DNA of 64,000 nt from Lama glama (GCA_028534125.1 CM052816.1:33730001-33794000); one strand, 5' to 3'; shown: positions 1-13,933, counted from the first letter of the stretch. Notes: generated from the sequence alone by a model not told the origin. Numbers and translations are program-made.

Positions 1-959
1 AAATGTTTGCTAAATGGTAGCTTTTCACCCAGTATGATAGAGCATTAAATGCTGGTTCTCTTCATTTTGAAACACGCTGAAATTACTATAAAGGAAAAGT
101 CCTGAGAATTATAGTAGAGACATCAGTCCGTTTGGTACATTTCAGGAAGATGAAAGATGAATGGTTTAGTAGTGGTGGATAAACTACAGAAGAAAGAACT
201 GAAGTCCAAGCCTATACAATAAATAACTGAAGTAGAAGTGAGAACCAGTTTTTATTTTTTCCAGAGCAAAACCACCACAAAACAATAAATACTGAGAGCA
301 GGGTGGCAGGTGTGGGAGAAGAGATAGGAAATGAGAAATTTGATTAAAGAGTTCTTTGTCCCCCAATCCCTGACCCCTGAGCAAATTGCTCTCAGGCTTA
401 AATCAGACAAGTAATCTTAATGAAATTGATTAATGGTCCTAGAAGATCAAGGGATGGTGTTCTGGAGCAGGACTCCGTATTTTGGCCTTTGACTCTTCCC
501 TGCTTGTACACCCTATCTGTATAGTGATGTCTGTGGGTCAAAGACCCACCCAAGATCACAGAGCTTATGGTTACTTCACCTATTTAAGGGAAAGGCAAGT
601 GATGTCAGAGAAAACCTACATATGCTAACTAACCCAAAGAGCTTGTCTTTTATAAACTATTTTAAGCAGATAACCAGGATTCTCTAGGCATTTGGGGGAA
701 AAAGTGCTGCACAAAGAAGTCATATGAAGAAGGGCAAACAGAACATCTAATTTAGAGGAAATAGTTCACCAAAAATATAAAAGCACTTTAAAAAGGGTGC
801 TAAGAATGCTTCCCAGTTCACATGAAAATCTTGGTTTTTGTTTTCCTAGTTCTTAATTGATAACATATTTCTTTCACTGTCAAATATATCCCAGTTTGGA
901 CAACATATGATATGATCTTCTTAAATTTATAAGAATTTTACTCATTCCTTTGAAATGAT

Positions 960-3010
960 TTATGAAGACAGCATATTTATTATAAAGTGCGAACAATAAA
1001 CCAGCTACAGTGAAAGCAAACCTTCAAAGACCAAGAAGGAGCCCCTGAAAATTAAAAAAAACATTATTACTTAAATAAAAATGAAATAGAAGGACCAGAA
1101 GAAAAAGTTGAGAAAAATCTCAAGAATATAAAGCAAAAAAACCCCTAAAAACCAAAAACAAAACCCCAAATACAGAAAAATAACAGAAAATGTTGAGTTC
1201 TAGAAGATCAATCCAGAAGACACAAGGTCAAAACAATATATTTTGAATGAAAATCTTATTAAAATTGAGAGCAGAAAACAGTATTATTAAAGAAGTAACA
1301 GAAAAATACCCAGTGCTAAAGAAAAGTGAACTTACAGAATTTAGCCAAATTCTACAGAGTACAGAACAGGAGGAAAGGAAGAAGAACAATAGCAACTAAA
1401 GTCCACCCTTGGATTAGTCTTCGTTCATTTCTAGAACACCAGGATAAAGAGACATCCTGAAATCTTCTTTTGGAGAGGAAGAAAACTCTCCTCCACCCTT
1501 CTAGATTCTTCTGCTTGGTTTAATAACTTAACTATTAAAAAGTTTAATAATTTAATAATTAAATTATTAAGTTAAAATAATTTAATAATTAAATTGACAT
1601 GAGACATATTAACAGGAGAAAATCAGATTTAATTTTGTATGTACGGGAATCCCACATACATGAGAGGCTCAGAGACAGAAAGGTAAAATAAGATATATGT
1701 GCCATTCTGAGCTAAGAGGTGGGATAGGGGTCTGGGGCTTCCAAGGACAGGAGGGTCATTCCCAGGATGACAAGAAGATCAGATGTTTGGTAATTAGATG
1801 TTTGCCCTACCGTATAGATGGGGCCATTTAGATAAAATTACCTCTAGTAATAAATATTTTCTAGAGGAAAATCCCCAATTTAAGTTTTCTAACTGGTTAA
1901 GAGAGGGGCAATAGTTTATTTTGAGCCCACAGGGTCTTGATTGCCTTTAGCTCAGAATGATTCTCATGCAAAAGTGGCACATTTTGGAGAGGTGTGTTCT
2001 AAAACCTTGCTCTTCCATATGAAACAAACAGCAACCACAAAAATAGATCCCCTACAAAAGAAGGGGGGTCAGGCTGCCTTTAGATATCTCTTCAGGTTAT
2101 GGACATGTTCTTTGAATACTTGAAGATGTTGGATTCCCTCAAAGTTATGAATCAAGTATGGAAGCAGAACAGTTTTTTTCAGACATGCATGCGCTAAAAA
2201 TTTATTCCCATGCTTTTAATCTCAAGAAAGAAAATGTAGAAATACACTAGCAAAATAAAGAAGGAATCAGAAACAAATGAATATGGAATACAAAAATCAG
2301 TAGGATTGCAATGAAAAACCATCTCTGATTAATAGTTCTTGCAGTCAAGTTGGTATAGATTAAAGCCTTCCACAAATCATGTATGTAACATTTTGGAATA
2401 TCTTAGTGATTTGGCAAGAAGTCTTTTTTTCAAGTCATGAAAAATGAAGGCCAGACAAAAATCCATACCAAAAAAATCAAGGTCCAAATAAGATGAAAAT
2501 TAAAATAAGGCATGGTTAATGAGATGTAACTAGAGATAATCCATTTGAGCCTGTTATGTGGAATCAAATCAACCTATCATCAAGAGTGGAAAAGTCATGG
2601 CTATACCTAACAGTATTAAAAAAAACTAATAGTTGACAGAATTTGGGAAGTGTTGGGGGAAGAAGATGTCCATGGAGAGGGTGTGAATATACTACTCTCC
2701 TTATCTTACATAATGCAGGGTTAGGAGTTATTCTCTGAAGTTAAAACAATACGAAATTGAGGGGTTTTTTATCTTGTGTTAAAGTCATGAGGATGATCAA
2801 TAGAAAAAAATAAATATAAGTAAAAATAGATGGCAGGAACAAGGGAGGAAGTATTGTAAGTGATCTCTAATTCCTTATAGCAGAGAGTTAATAGATACTA
2901 CATGAAGTTAAAAGATCAACAAATACATACAGTTATAAGAATATTATTTAGATTTAAGAAGGTAATCAAAAGAAAAGCCAGAAAGAGAAAACATTAAAAA
3001 ATGGCCAAAT
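960..3010 (+). mobile_element. Ancient L1M (LINE-1) ORF1-region remnant, interrupted by an LTR at 1468-2010
   Basis: A-rich plus strand with decayed ORF1-like text: 'tagaagatcaatccagaaga', 'aggataaagagacatcctgaaatcttc', continuing after the LTR with 'cctacaaaagaagggggg-tcaggctgcctttagatatctc'. Boundaries approximate. Confidence 0.7.
1468..2010 (-). mobile_element. ERV1 solo LTR, MER34-like
   Basis: Shares 'aaattgacatgagaca..ttaacaggagaaaatca' with the copy at 57887-58453 and 'aaagtggcacatttt' with the reverse complement of the copy at 37217. Flanked by tcttc at 1463-1467 and 2011-2015. Confidence 0.8.
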
Positions 3011-3204
3011 GTAAGGAAAGACCAAAGTAAAGTATGGAGAGGGAGCAGTTTTACCTTTAACTTTTTATTTCAGTTCTGTTTGAAATTTTTATTTATTATA
3101 TACTTAAAAATTTAATTCCATGTACATGCGTAATTTTTAATGACTAGCTATTATTTAATGTTTAATTACTATGAGTAATTTATTTACTAACTTTAATTAC
3201 TAAA

Positions 3205-3790
3205 TTCCATTCATTTAGTCATCAAATCAGTATTTCCTCAGCACTTACTATGGGCCAAACATTGTTATAGATTTTGAGACTAGAGATTGTTGCCTCCTGG
3301 ATTTTATCTTTCATGGAGGGAGACCAAAGATAAACAGGGAAACCAAATAAATGAATAGGATGTGTTTTGATAGTGATAAGGCTTTAAAGAGAATGGAGCT
3401 GAATGATGAGATCTGGTGTGTATGGGTTGAGGGGATACATTGTGTGGAAAGTCAGGGGGGATGGTCAGGGAGGCAGCTCCATAGAAGAGATATTTGAGCT
3501 GGGGCCTGTTGTTGTGTAGGAAGAACTAGCTGTGAATAGAGGCCCCAACTGAGTTGGATGAAAAGAGTTCCAGGCAGAGGTAACAGTTGTCACAAAGGCT
3601 GTAAGGCCCACAGTGGGCTCAAGGGACAGAAAAAGGAACAAGTGTCTATTATGTAGCAAATGTGGGGAGTGTGTAGTGTCCAAATGAAGAGATGTGTTCT
3701 AAGCCATAGCAGAGTTTGGATTGGATTGTAATTGTGACGGAAATGATTAAAACGAGTCAGAACCTGAACTTTGGTTTTCTGATCAAGAGT
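3205..3790 (-). mobile_element. L2 LINE 3' fragment
   Basis: Typical reversed L2 tail: 'ttccattcatttagtcatcaaatcagtatttcctcagcacttactatgggccaaacattg', followed by purine-rich decayed L2 body. Confidence 0.7.
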
Positions 3791-4714
3791 CCAGTGGAAT
3801 TTTCTGAAGTGTGATGGTAGACAGATCGTCTTACCTGGAGGAGTCCTGTGTGTAAAATTGTGAATCCATCTTGATTTTGAGGAATTAATTGACTTTGAAG
3901 TACCTTCTGACACTGATTTGTGATGAGTACCTTATAGTTGCTCTTTCACTACATAGTGAAACTTATAGATGGGTTGTATTATCCATTTTAGTGGAATATA
4001 TTCTATTTTACTATTCGTCACAAAGAATTTAGAAACAATTTCACTTACTTTATTTTTTTTTTGAGTAAGACAGTAGACTAGGGTTTCACAAAATGGTAAA
4101 ATTTAAACTTAATTAACAACAGATGGAAATGAACAATTGACAACCTAAATGCCCTTTGCCATGGAAATATATTAAAATAAGGAAACAAACAAAAATGAAG
4201 AACTATTCCTTATTATCACTATCAATTCCTAAAGGAATTGACACAATGTTAAAAAAGTAGGAAGGGCATATTCTGAAAACTAAGGACTGTACTTCAACTG
4301 ACACATCAAACTTAGTGACAAATTCAACTGCGTGTCTTTGTTCTCCTTTCACTGCAGACCAGTGTCTTCCATTGGGAGTTTTGCCACATTTTGGGAGTTG
4401 ATACCAAATAATGTAACAAAATCTCCCTTTCTCCATTTTCGAGTTCATGTTCACTGAAGACAGCCATTCTTTTTCATGGTGCTTAGGTCACAATGGCTTC
4501 CTAGAAATGTCCTGTGGTTTATTTTGTTTCTTCATGCTGATGATTAAGATCATAAACTGACATATGCATGTTGTACAAGTTCTGAGAAGAAAGCATTGGC
4601 AAGCACACCTTCATTAACCATTTCTTACCACCCTGGGTCCCACACAGACACCAGTGGAGGTCTTTCTCTGACTCTTGCCCAAGTTTGGCACTGGGTGCTG
4701 CTGAGGTGCCATCT

Positions 4715-5020
4715 GCTTCCCTGTTTCCCTTTCCTCCTCCTTTACTTCCTTTTCTCAGTCTCTTCCCATTGATCCTCCCAGTCTTTTACCCTCTTTCCCT
4801 TTCCCTTGCATTTCTTCTCTCCATCTTCCCTGTTGATTCCTTTTCTCTCTTATCCTCACCCCTTCCCTCCTTCTTGCTGCACTTCCACTGCTTTCTATTG
4901 TCCCGTTTTTTGCCTTGAGTCTCAAAGATATCTTGTCTGTTTTAGAGACTCCATCTAGTTTTCCATCAGCTCTTCTTTCCATCTTCTCTTTTCTGTTTCA
5001 CCCTGGCTCCCTTCTTTCCT
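4715..5020. repeat. CT-rich low-complexity tract
   Basis: Polypyrimidine run on the plus strand; it explains the ORFs at 4685-4918 and 4755-4982. Confidence 0.8.
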
Positions 5021-6084
5021 TGTGAGTGAAGAGAGGTAGAGATAGTGGGAGAGGCAGACTGTTAAGGACAGTCACTGTCAATAGAGAAATCAGTTTAGGC
5101 ATTTCAAACTCAGATCGTTCAAGTACCCTTTGAAACTCTGATCTGAAAAGTCAAGGGCATGAATTATTAGAATTCGTTTTATTATTTGTGAATAAAACCA
5201 AAAAGAATATAAGCTTTTTGCTTTTCAATTTTCAGTTCTTTTTATTAGCATCAGTAACTGTAAGCACATATTTGGTACCACAATATTTACTATTGTTAAT
5301 AATATTTATTAATATTACTATTTACTAATTTTATTTAACATCTATTATTTAATGATATTAATATTGTTAAGGATGTGATAGGATTTTAGAGCTAATTTAG
5401 TTTCAAGGATCTTATATTGGCTGTTAAATATATTACAGCTCCAAGACAGAGTGTTTTATGTCAACAGCATGGCCACTTACATGTCCAGGTTATTTAGAGT
5501 AGACACAGTGTTGTGAGGAAAGTCTGAAGGTCAGTTCAGTAAGAACAGAGTAGGGCCCATTCTGTCTTTCTTGTACCCTCATGAATGAGGAAGCATCCAT
5601 TGCCAGCTTCTCTGCTAATCTATTTTTAATAATCCTCTTTGGGACCATTTTACTCTTCTGAGTCCTCTCATAAAATAGTAGGCAGTTAACTGTACAGAGA
5701 AGCCGCCAGCTTTACTAGAGTGCATTTTATCTAGACCTCAGCCTTCTAGAGGGTACTATAGGGCAAACCCAATAAACCGGTGCTTTCATGTTTGTCAGAG
5801 ATTCTCAAACGTGCTCAGATGATGAAGGGCCTAGACACCAGATACGTCATTCGTATTTTTCAGCCACTCTAGTCAGGAGATAGGGATGGTTGCAATTTCA
5901 GCAGGGTAATTTGCCCATTTTTATTCTCAAGTATAGAAATTGCTGGTGCTCTGGTCTCCCATTCAAAATTTCTTTTGAATAGTTCAGGAATTTCCCTGAG
6001 GAGATCTCAAGGATTCCCAGGAACAAGAACCCTCCGCTGTCATGACCATTTAATATTTCTCTGCTCCAGCTCTGGATACCTTTG

Positions 6085-6204
6085 GGGGAGGATAATTAGG
6101 TTTACTTATTTACTTATTTATTTTAATGAAGGTACTGTGGATTGAAACCAGGACGTTGTGCATGCTGCACATGCATACTACCACTAAGCTACAACCTCCT
6201 GCCT
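6085..6204 (-). mobile_element. tRNA-derived camelid SINE (Vic-1-like) with 18-bp TSD
   Basis: Reverse strand reads 'ggaggttgtagcttagtggtagtatgcatgtgcagcatgcacaacgtcctggtttcaatccacagtacc' (A and B boxes), then a TAAA tail and 'cctaattatcctcccc'. TSD cagctctggatacctttg at 6067-6084 and 6205-6222. Confidence 0.9.
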
Positions 6205-6559
6205 CAGCTCTGGATACCTTTGATGATGCTGGCTGCTACTTCAAAGTCCAGCCATTGTAAATGTGAATGTCAGAGCTCAGGGAACTGTCTTCTGAGTTAC
6301 CCCAAATCAGTATTCCTTAGAAACACAGTTTAAAATCTTTGGCTCTTTCTTTTATAGGATATGCCCAAGAACCAACTGCATTCAGTCAGAACTAATGGCA
6401 AAGGCAACAGATAAAAGAAGGAGGTTTTGCAGGAGTGGCACTAATTTATCCATGTAACTAATGCTTCTTGTTGAATGTTATTAGTAGCCATTGAACAAAT
6501 GTAGGCATAAATTGATAAAAAAAAAATCACTGAACTTGGTGCTAAGGCAGTCCAAAATT

Positions 6560-7250
6560 AAGATGTCAGATGGATGAGATGGGCCAGTAAAGGAAATTTC
6601 TTAGAGTTGTCAGTGATGGTGGAAAAATACCAGAGGTATGCTGTCACAGAATCTGAAGGAGGGGTTGGTCAACTAAGTGAATTGCTTTTAAGAGACTGAG
6701 TTAATGAGGATAAAATACCATCCTTTGAATTTGGTAATGGGAAGGCTGTTGATGATTCTGATGAGCAGGTTCAAAAAACAGTGGGGATAGAAGCCCTATT
6801 GTAATGCAATTTTATGTGAGAAGGTAGGCAGGGAGCATGGAACATTTTATAGTGTTTTTCTGTGAAGAGAATTGAGAAATGGATCAGCAACTGAAAAAGG
6901 ATATGAGATCAAGTTAGTGTGTGTGAATACACGTGTGTGTTGGTTAGGACAAAAGGGAGTGTTTGTATGCTGAGGAGAATGATCCAGTAAAGAGAGTGAA
7001 ATTAAAGATTCATTAACAAGTGGAAAACTTCAGAGAGGAAGTAGGACTGGTCAGGGATCCAGGGGATAAGTGGAAGGTATGAGTTTTATAATAGCAGAGA
7101 TTCATCTTTCTTTGAACCTGGAGGCAGATCAGACAGGTTAGGTACAGATGCAGGCTGGTTTGTAGATCCAAGGCTGGTAGTCACAAGACAAAATTGTTGT
7201 CAGGTAGCTTCCTTTTTCTTTCATTGAATTGTGAGGTTAGCCAACCTTTA
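6560..7250 (-). mobile_element. L2 LINE fragment
   Basis: Decayed purine-rich L2 text, e.g. 'ctttgaatttggtaatgggaaggctgttgatgattctgatgagcag'. Confidence 0.6.
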
Positions 7251-7599
7251 GCTCCCACTTCTCAAAGTCTGAAGCAGAATTCTTTCCTTAGGGTTATCTG
7301 TACATCTGATGAGAAAATATCCTATTTCATTTATTCAAAAAATGCTTTCAAGGGCCTATGGTGTGGCATGAACTGTATTAAGCTTTTCAGATAGAAAATG
7401 AATAGGACACATGCCTTTTTTTCTGATTGTAAAGGTCGATGGCTTAGGCAAATATAGTCACAATTTAGGGGGTTATATTTTCTTCTGGGTAGTGGACCTG
7501 AAATTAAAGTGCACCGAGAGCAGGAGAATGATTGTATCCTAGTCAAATTCCTTTTGATCACAAGTAATTAAGAATAACGCAAGTCAGTTTAAGCCAGAA

Positions 7600-8050
7600 A
7601 AATGGAAATTATTCGGTAGATATTAGGGGTAGATGGAGCAAGGAACCCTAGGGCAGGAAGTGTTCCACTGCAGCTAAGAAGTAGAAGGCTGTCAGCCACC
7701 CAGGCTGTGCTCTGTCTCTTGTTTCTGATTCTGTCTTCTTTCCCTCTCTCGCCCTGGTTTTTGGAGCTTTCCCATGGAAATGGCCACCTCACAGCTGGAA
7801 ATTTTGTTTCCTCTGTTCAAGAGTTAAACCTAAAATGATTGGCTTTTCCTAAAACCCAATTTAAAATTCCTAGGAGAGAGACTGTGATTGACCCAGCTTT
7901 GGACAGGTGTCCATGCCTGATTCAATCAATGGTAACTAGGGGGTTTGGGTTCCATGGTGCAGACGCTCTGAAGAGCAGGAGGAAAGCAGTTATTAAGGAA
8001 AGAGTATCATTGCCAGCTATGCAGCCTCCCCAGAAAGCACCTACTACAGG
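7600..8050 (-). mobile_element. Old MaLR LTR (MLT1J/K-like)
   Basis: 'aaaattcctaggagagagactgtgattgacccagctttggacaggtgtccatgcctgattcaatcaatgg' resembles old MLT1 subfamilies. Confidence 0.6.
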
Positions 8051-10069
8051 TGGTCTTTGGTTATACACTTGTGGTTTGAAAAATGGACTTCTCATTGTCA
8101 TGGTTAACCTCATATTTGCATTATATTTTTTGTTTCTGTAATAATTTATCTGTCATAATGACTTTGTAGTTAGTATTATGTCTTGGTTCTTGGAGTTAAA
8201 GTCCAGCATAATGGTAATTGTATGCTACTGTATGAGCTCTTTTCATTGAGTTTTAGCTTGCCTTGCATAAGCCTTTAATTTTCTCCTCCAGGGATTTGTA
8301 ATAATCATTAAAGATAAGTGATTACAGCCAGATTGTATCGGTATCACTTAGATATGTGATTGTCTAACTTATTTCCCCCAATCAGAAGAGGAAACTCTTT
8401 TCTATCCTAAAGAAAAATATATTTTAAAAATATGTTTTTTGGAAACGATTTTTTGGAAAAAATACTTTGCTTACTGATTAATTTGTATATAATTTAATTG
8501 TCTGCTTTTTGGGTTTCTGCAAATTTTTTTGGTCAACTTCAAGTCATCATTTACTTCTTATAAAGGTGCTATGTATCCGTCCTCTGAATATAACATAGTG
8601 AAAAGGTTAAAGGTGATCGAAGGTACTTTCTGCCAGAATTGCTGCTGGTGTGTGGATCATCCTAAAGTGGGAAATATAATCTCTTATCACATCCAAATAT
8701 AAATTGAGTCTTTTGAGTCATTTATAAACACTATGTCAGTAAACACTAGAGCCAAGAGTAAAACTTGAGGAAAAAATTCATAAAGTTCCTCTAGTTCCAT
8801 ATTCAGCTCTCTGTGATTAACATCTTCCTGATAAATTGTTCAGAGAGATGTATATGTACTTAATTCTTCCCTCATACTTCATGGCTACTTTGTTTCTCCC
8901 TCCTACGCTTGAGGTGGTACAGTTTGCATCCACATTGTCCTTTTTTCCCAGTTATTCTTGTCAGGAGAAAGGACTATTAGGATTAATGTAATAAGGAACC
9001 CAAACTGAAGTAAACATATCAATATCTTTGAGCAGGGATTTGAACAAAAAAATGGAACCCCAAAGTGTAGTAAACTGCATAGATTTGCTTAACTCTAAAA
9101 TCAGTGTTAAATTTTCTTCTAAAATGAAGTTTTGTGTGTGTGTGTGCAGAGCGAAAAAGAGAGAGAGTAAAAGTGTTATTAAATGTTGTTACCTTCACAG
9201 CTGGAAACTGACTGTCTTTTGATGAAAGAATTTAGTAGGTTGTTTGTTTTAATGCTTTGCTGAGTTCCTGGAATACAAGATAAGTCCCTCAAGAAACCCA
9301 AATGTCACCAGACTTTGAAGGTAGAGAAAAGGTGTTCTGCATCAAGAGGAAGAATTTAGTGCTCCCTGGAAAAACTGGGAGACTGAGGATTTGAAGCAGA
9401 ATGATAAGGGGAGGAGGGTGGTGAGAGAGATGGTGGAGGGTAAGGAGCTAAGGGTGGGTTCTGTGTGGGAGATGTTACAGAGAAGAACCTACACAGATGG
9501 GAGCAGGGTCTTAGAAAAGGAACACGGAGAAGAGGAAGATTGTATATGGATTTTAAAGTTGTTTACCTTCTGCATAGAATATGACCGCATCCTGGTCTTC
9601 TCATCTCTTCAGTGATATCTACTCGTCCAAAAATGATTCAAGTGAGTGAGTGTGTGTGTGTTCGTGTGGGGGTACATGTGCATGTGTGTGAGAAAACTTA
9701 AAAAGAAGATTATTTACATATGTGTCAATATTATAACTGTAAGAACATGTGTGGACGTGGAAACCAATGGATTCCTAAGAAAGTAAGAGTCCTAGGAAAA
9801 ACCAAAGGAAGAAAAGACCATAATATAGTGCTGTTCGAGCTTACTTGACCCAGATTTTTAGTGTAGGGATGCTCCCAGCTCTCAAGTTATATTATGGAAT
9901 TGTGGAATCAGAACAGGCATTCCATTCCAACCATCCTTTCAGTTTTATTTGAACTAGAATTGTAGACTTCCTAACAGTGTCATAGTAAAACAAAACTGGG
10001 ATATTTCACTAAATTTAGAAAGATGTCTGGTTATCTATTTTGGCCTTCACTAAAAGAAGAGAAAGTTTC

Positions 10070-10440
10070 TTGAACTCATGGAAACGGAGAACAGAATGGT
10101 GGTTGCCAGAAATGGGTGGTGAGGGGTGGGGGGAATGGAGAAAGGGGGTCAAAAGGTATAGACTTTCAGTTATAAGACAAATAAGTTCTGGGGATGTAAT
10201 GTACCATATGGTGAATATAATTAACTATATATTTGTATATTTGAAAATTGCCAAAAGAGTAGATCTTACAAATTCCCATCACAAGAAAAAAAAAGTGTTA
10301 ATTATGTGAGATGATGGATGTTAACTAAACTTATTGTGGTGGTCATTTTGTAATGTATACCTATATCAGAGCATTATGTTGTACACCTTAAACTAATACA
10401 GTGTTGTATGTCACTTATGTCTCAGTAAAATTGAGGAGTT
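10070..10440 (+). mobile_element. L1MA-type LINE-1 3' end
   Basis: 'gaacagaatggtggttgccag...caaaaggtatagactttcagttataagacaaataagttctggggatgtaatgtac...tcacttatgtctcagtaaaattg'. Confidence 0.85.
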
Positions 10441-11489
10441 GAGGGAAGAAAAGGTTTCTCAAAGTACAATCAAATGGAAACCTGCTTATCCTCCTGAAAA
10501 ATTCTGCCTACTTGTCATCCCACAACCTTGAGACATACGCTTTGCCAAGGGCTTACTTTTCTTCTCTCTTTAAACTAACATAAAGGTGTGACTGGCACAT
10601 TTCCTGCCTCCAGGCATTTACTCCATCCTTTCTTCTGAACCTGCTATTCAGGATGTTTTGAAATATCTAACTTTCTATATTCTGAGGTGAAAGCAAGAAT
10701 GATGCAATTTATTTCGCCTGAAACAAAGCTATGTATCATAGATTTTTGTATTAGACAAGAAAGCATGGAAATTTATTATAGGCAATGTAACATGGTCTTA
10801 CTCATAAGCTATTTTTTTGGTGTTGTGTACATGAGGTTTTCCTTGACTAACTGAGAACTGGGGTGGAGAGACGTGACACCATGGGAGGGAAAGTGAAAAG
10901 AGTATTATTCAAATACTTCAGCATCAAGTGCTTTATAATATTTCTAGTATGCTTTGGCATCTAATAAGTTCTTGAATTGGGGTCATGTGTATCAATTATG
11001 GAATAATATATTGTTATTAGAAGTACCCAACTAATTGATACCAAACAGTATATTTGCATAGAACACTTGTATATGTGTGTTCTCAGCTTGAGCATAAATG
11101 GACATCTTTAAGAGGGCTTTTCACTGAGAACAGTCTCCTATGTCTATGAGTACCGTGTCTGCACTACACAAACTCACCCTCCTGAACGGTGAGTCAAGGG
11201 CAGGTGCAGATCCTCGACTTAGAGGAACCAAAGATTCTTTTTTGGAGGAATATGGCATTAGAATTTGGAAGCAAGAGTCTCTGACAGGGCTTGAGCTGAA
11301 AAAGGACGTGCATGGGAAAACGCACAAAAAAAAAGTCAATTTGTAAAGAAAGATAATGATTAGAGAAGGGAACAAAGAGAAAGATAGGCAAAGACCAATA
11401 AGAGTGATGGAAAGTATAAGCCAGTGGCCTGTGTTTTGTTTTGAGGGTCTATCCAAAACTCATACATGCTTATAATAAATGCCCTCTTT

Positions 11490-11730
11490 GTGTGTTTTAT
11501 ATTGAGATATAATTGATTTATAACATCATATTAGTTTCAGGTGTACAAAATAAAGTTTCATTATTTGTATATCTTGTGAAATGATCACCACAGTCAGTCT
11601 AGTTAACAGCCATCACCACACATAGTTACAAGTTTTTTCCCCTCGTGATGAGAACTTTTAGGATCTACTCTCTTAGCAACTTTCAGCTATATAATACAAT
11701 ATTATTAACTATAGTCACCGTGCTTTACAT
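11490..11730 (-). mobile_element. L1MA-type LINE-1 3' end
   Basis: 'ttgagatataattgatttataacatcatattagtttcaggtgtaca...gtgatgagaacttttaggatctactctcttagcaactttca'. Confidence 0.85.
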
Positions 11731-12778
11731 TGTTCAAACCATTTGGTATGAAATTTTGTGATTAAGATATTGTCTCTTCCCTAACCATTCATACTGTGGC
11801 CCTCAAAGTTTACCACATGAGCATTACAAATAGCTTCTCTCTGAAGATCTTTTAAAGGCACTTTTAATGCTTTACTTGAAGGACATTTTTAAAATGTCAT
11901 TTCATTCTTCTTATTACTAATAGGAGAGTAACCAGAACCAAAATTATAAAAGTGAATTGGTGTGATGTCTGGAATAATTATGCTTTTGATACTGTCACAT
12001 CAATCACTTTCATTTATTATTATCATATCAGTCACAGGATGAACAACACTTTTATTTTAAGTTGGGATTGTCTCTGGCAAATGTTTGCAGTTAAAAGAGG
12101 AAATCTATTAAAATTATCTACTGTTGTCACTGACAACAGTGCCCCAAATAATAACTATGCATAAATATTTGTTGAAAGAAAGATTTAGCTAGCACATCCT
12201 GTGTGAGTAATGGTATTTCATGGTAAAGGAAGGTGATATTTGAGTCCCAGATAACTGATTTTTATTTGCAGTAACAAGAAAAGAATGGTGATACTTCTTT
12301 GTAATTTGTCAGCACTGTTTCATGGCATTGATCATTGGCAGTAAGGTACTGAGTATCATTTTTCTCAGAGGAGAAGTCAGGTTAGGTCTTCATTAAATGA
12401 AGCAATATGCATCTACCACATAAAATGGAACCACATATTGAGTTATAACTGATTTATGAATAATATTAAGATGAAATTTAGTATAGTGGTTGATATAATT
12501 ATTCAGTAAGTTAATTCTGCCTTCAACAAGGAAAAGAAAACAAATTTTATTGCATGAATGGGTGAAAATTTATGTCATAGCAGGATGCCTTACTAAAGGC
12601 AAAGGGTCACCAGCTTCAGTGCCTATAGAAATTTGACAAGTACATATATTGGTGTATCAGTCCTGGTCTAGATAACAGAAAGTAATGGCAACTGAGGCAG
12701 TGGAGAAGCATGCCTTCCCTAAAGCTACTCAAATTCAAACAGCGACAACAACAAAATTAACTAATACCGTGCCTGGAA

Positions 12779-12810
12779 AAACAACAACAACAACAACAAC
12801 AACAACAAAC
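12779..12810. repeat. (AAC)n microsatellite
   Basis: About 9 perfect aac units; source of the poly-Thr and poly-Cys ORFs. Confidence 0.95.
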
Positions 12811-12999
12811 CAAAAACCACCAGCAAGACTTCTTTTGCCCAGATTTGTCAATAGCCACTGGTTCCATAACCTTTATTTGAAGGCAGTGGGTTTGCTGCCA
12901 ACAGCTGGTAGCACTGGCCTCTGATGTCCTTGTATTCCTCACAGGCTGCATCTCAAACAACTTGATACTCCACTTTTTTAACTCCTTGGCTTCTGGCAG

Positions 13000-13541
13000 T
13001 CTGCTTTGTCCTACTTTCATGAGGGAAGATGGTTTGTGCCTTGCATCTCACGTCTCCATAGATGGGAGAAAATCCCCATTTCACTGCCCAAGGAAGTCAG
13101 TATTGGTGAAATGCTACTGATCCCTCTCTCTTCATTACTTTCTCTCCAAGAGGAGCACACAGTCTCGACAAGAGCCTCATTCTCATTGGGTGGAGTTAGC
13201 ATGTTGAGAACTGTGATCCAGCCTGATAGATTTCTTTCTTCCTGAGTTGAGACAATAGAATCTCTGTCTTCTTTGAGTCTTGATGCCTGAATGTGCCCAA
13301 GATGCATGGTAGCTGTTCTTCCCACATGTGGATCCCAGATCTAGACTTGAGAGAAAGTAGGAGGAAGCCCCCACGTTGACTACAGATCCAGGCTACACCC
13401 TCCAGTTCAACTTTGCAAGCAATAAAAGAAGTAATAAATTTAAACTTAAACTTGGCTCTTGTTCTATTTATCACTTGGTTCAGATTTTATAGTGGAGACA
13501 CAGTGAGGAATTTGGCCCCCAGCAACCTCAGGGACCTTACA
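13000..13541 (+). mobile_element. Ancient LTR-like element, family unassigned
   Basis: Double AATAAA at about 13420-13437, followed by a GT/T-rich U5-like tract and ending in '...ttaca'. 5' boundary uncertain. Confidence 0.45.
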
Positions 13542-13933
13542 ACCCTGCCTTAGAAAACCAAGGGGATTTTCTTGGCCATCTGGAATGCTACTATTCTCCT
13601 TTGAACTCTGAGCACATGGACTGAGTAGACTATTTAAATACAGTTAAAAAAGGATGGATTAGTTCATTCTATTTCCTCGAAATAAGGGTGACTTATGTAA
13701 CATATAACCAGACAAGTGCATGGGATGTTCTTTTGTCTTAACATTCTACACTTTATCATGATGCTTTCTACTTGTTTGTTATCTCTGATGGAGAATAATG
13801 GAAGTCTACCTCTTCATGCCTTCCTTAAGGAGAGAGGAAAAGTTGACATCAGACACAAGTACTCTCAATCATTGGGTGTAAGTGAGATAAGCACACCCCC
13901 TGAAGGGGGAGAAGCAGCAAGGAGGTTGTATCT

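Noticed and set aside
4357..4457. Strong acceptor followed by PVSSIGSFATFWELIPNNVTKSPFLHFRVHVH* as a possible last coding exon
   Set aside because: The peptide is not recognisable and no upstream coding exons could be linked to it.
12685..13020. Poly-Thr and poly-Cys ORFs
   Set aside because: They are translations of the (AAC)n microsatellite.
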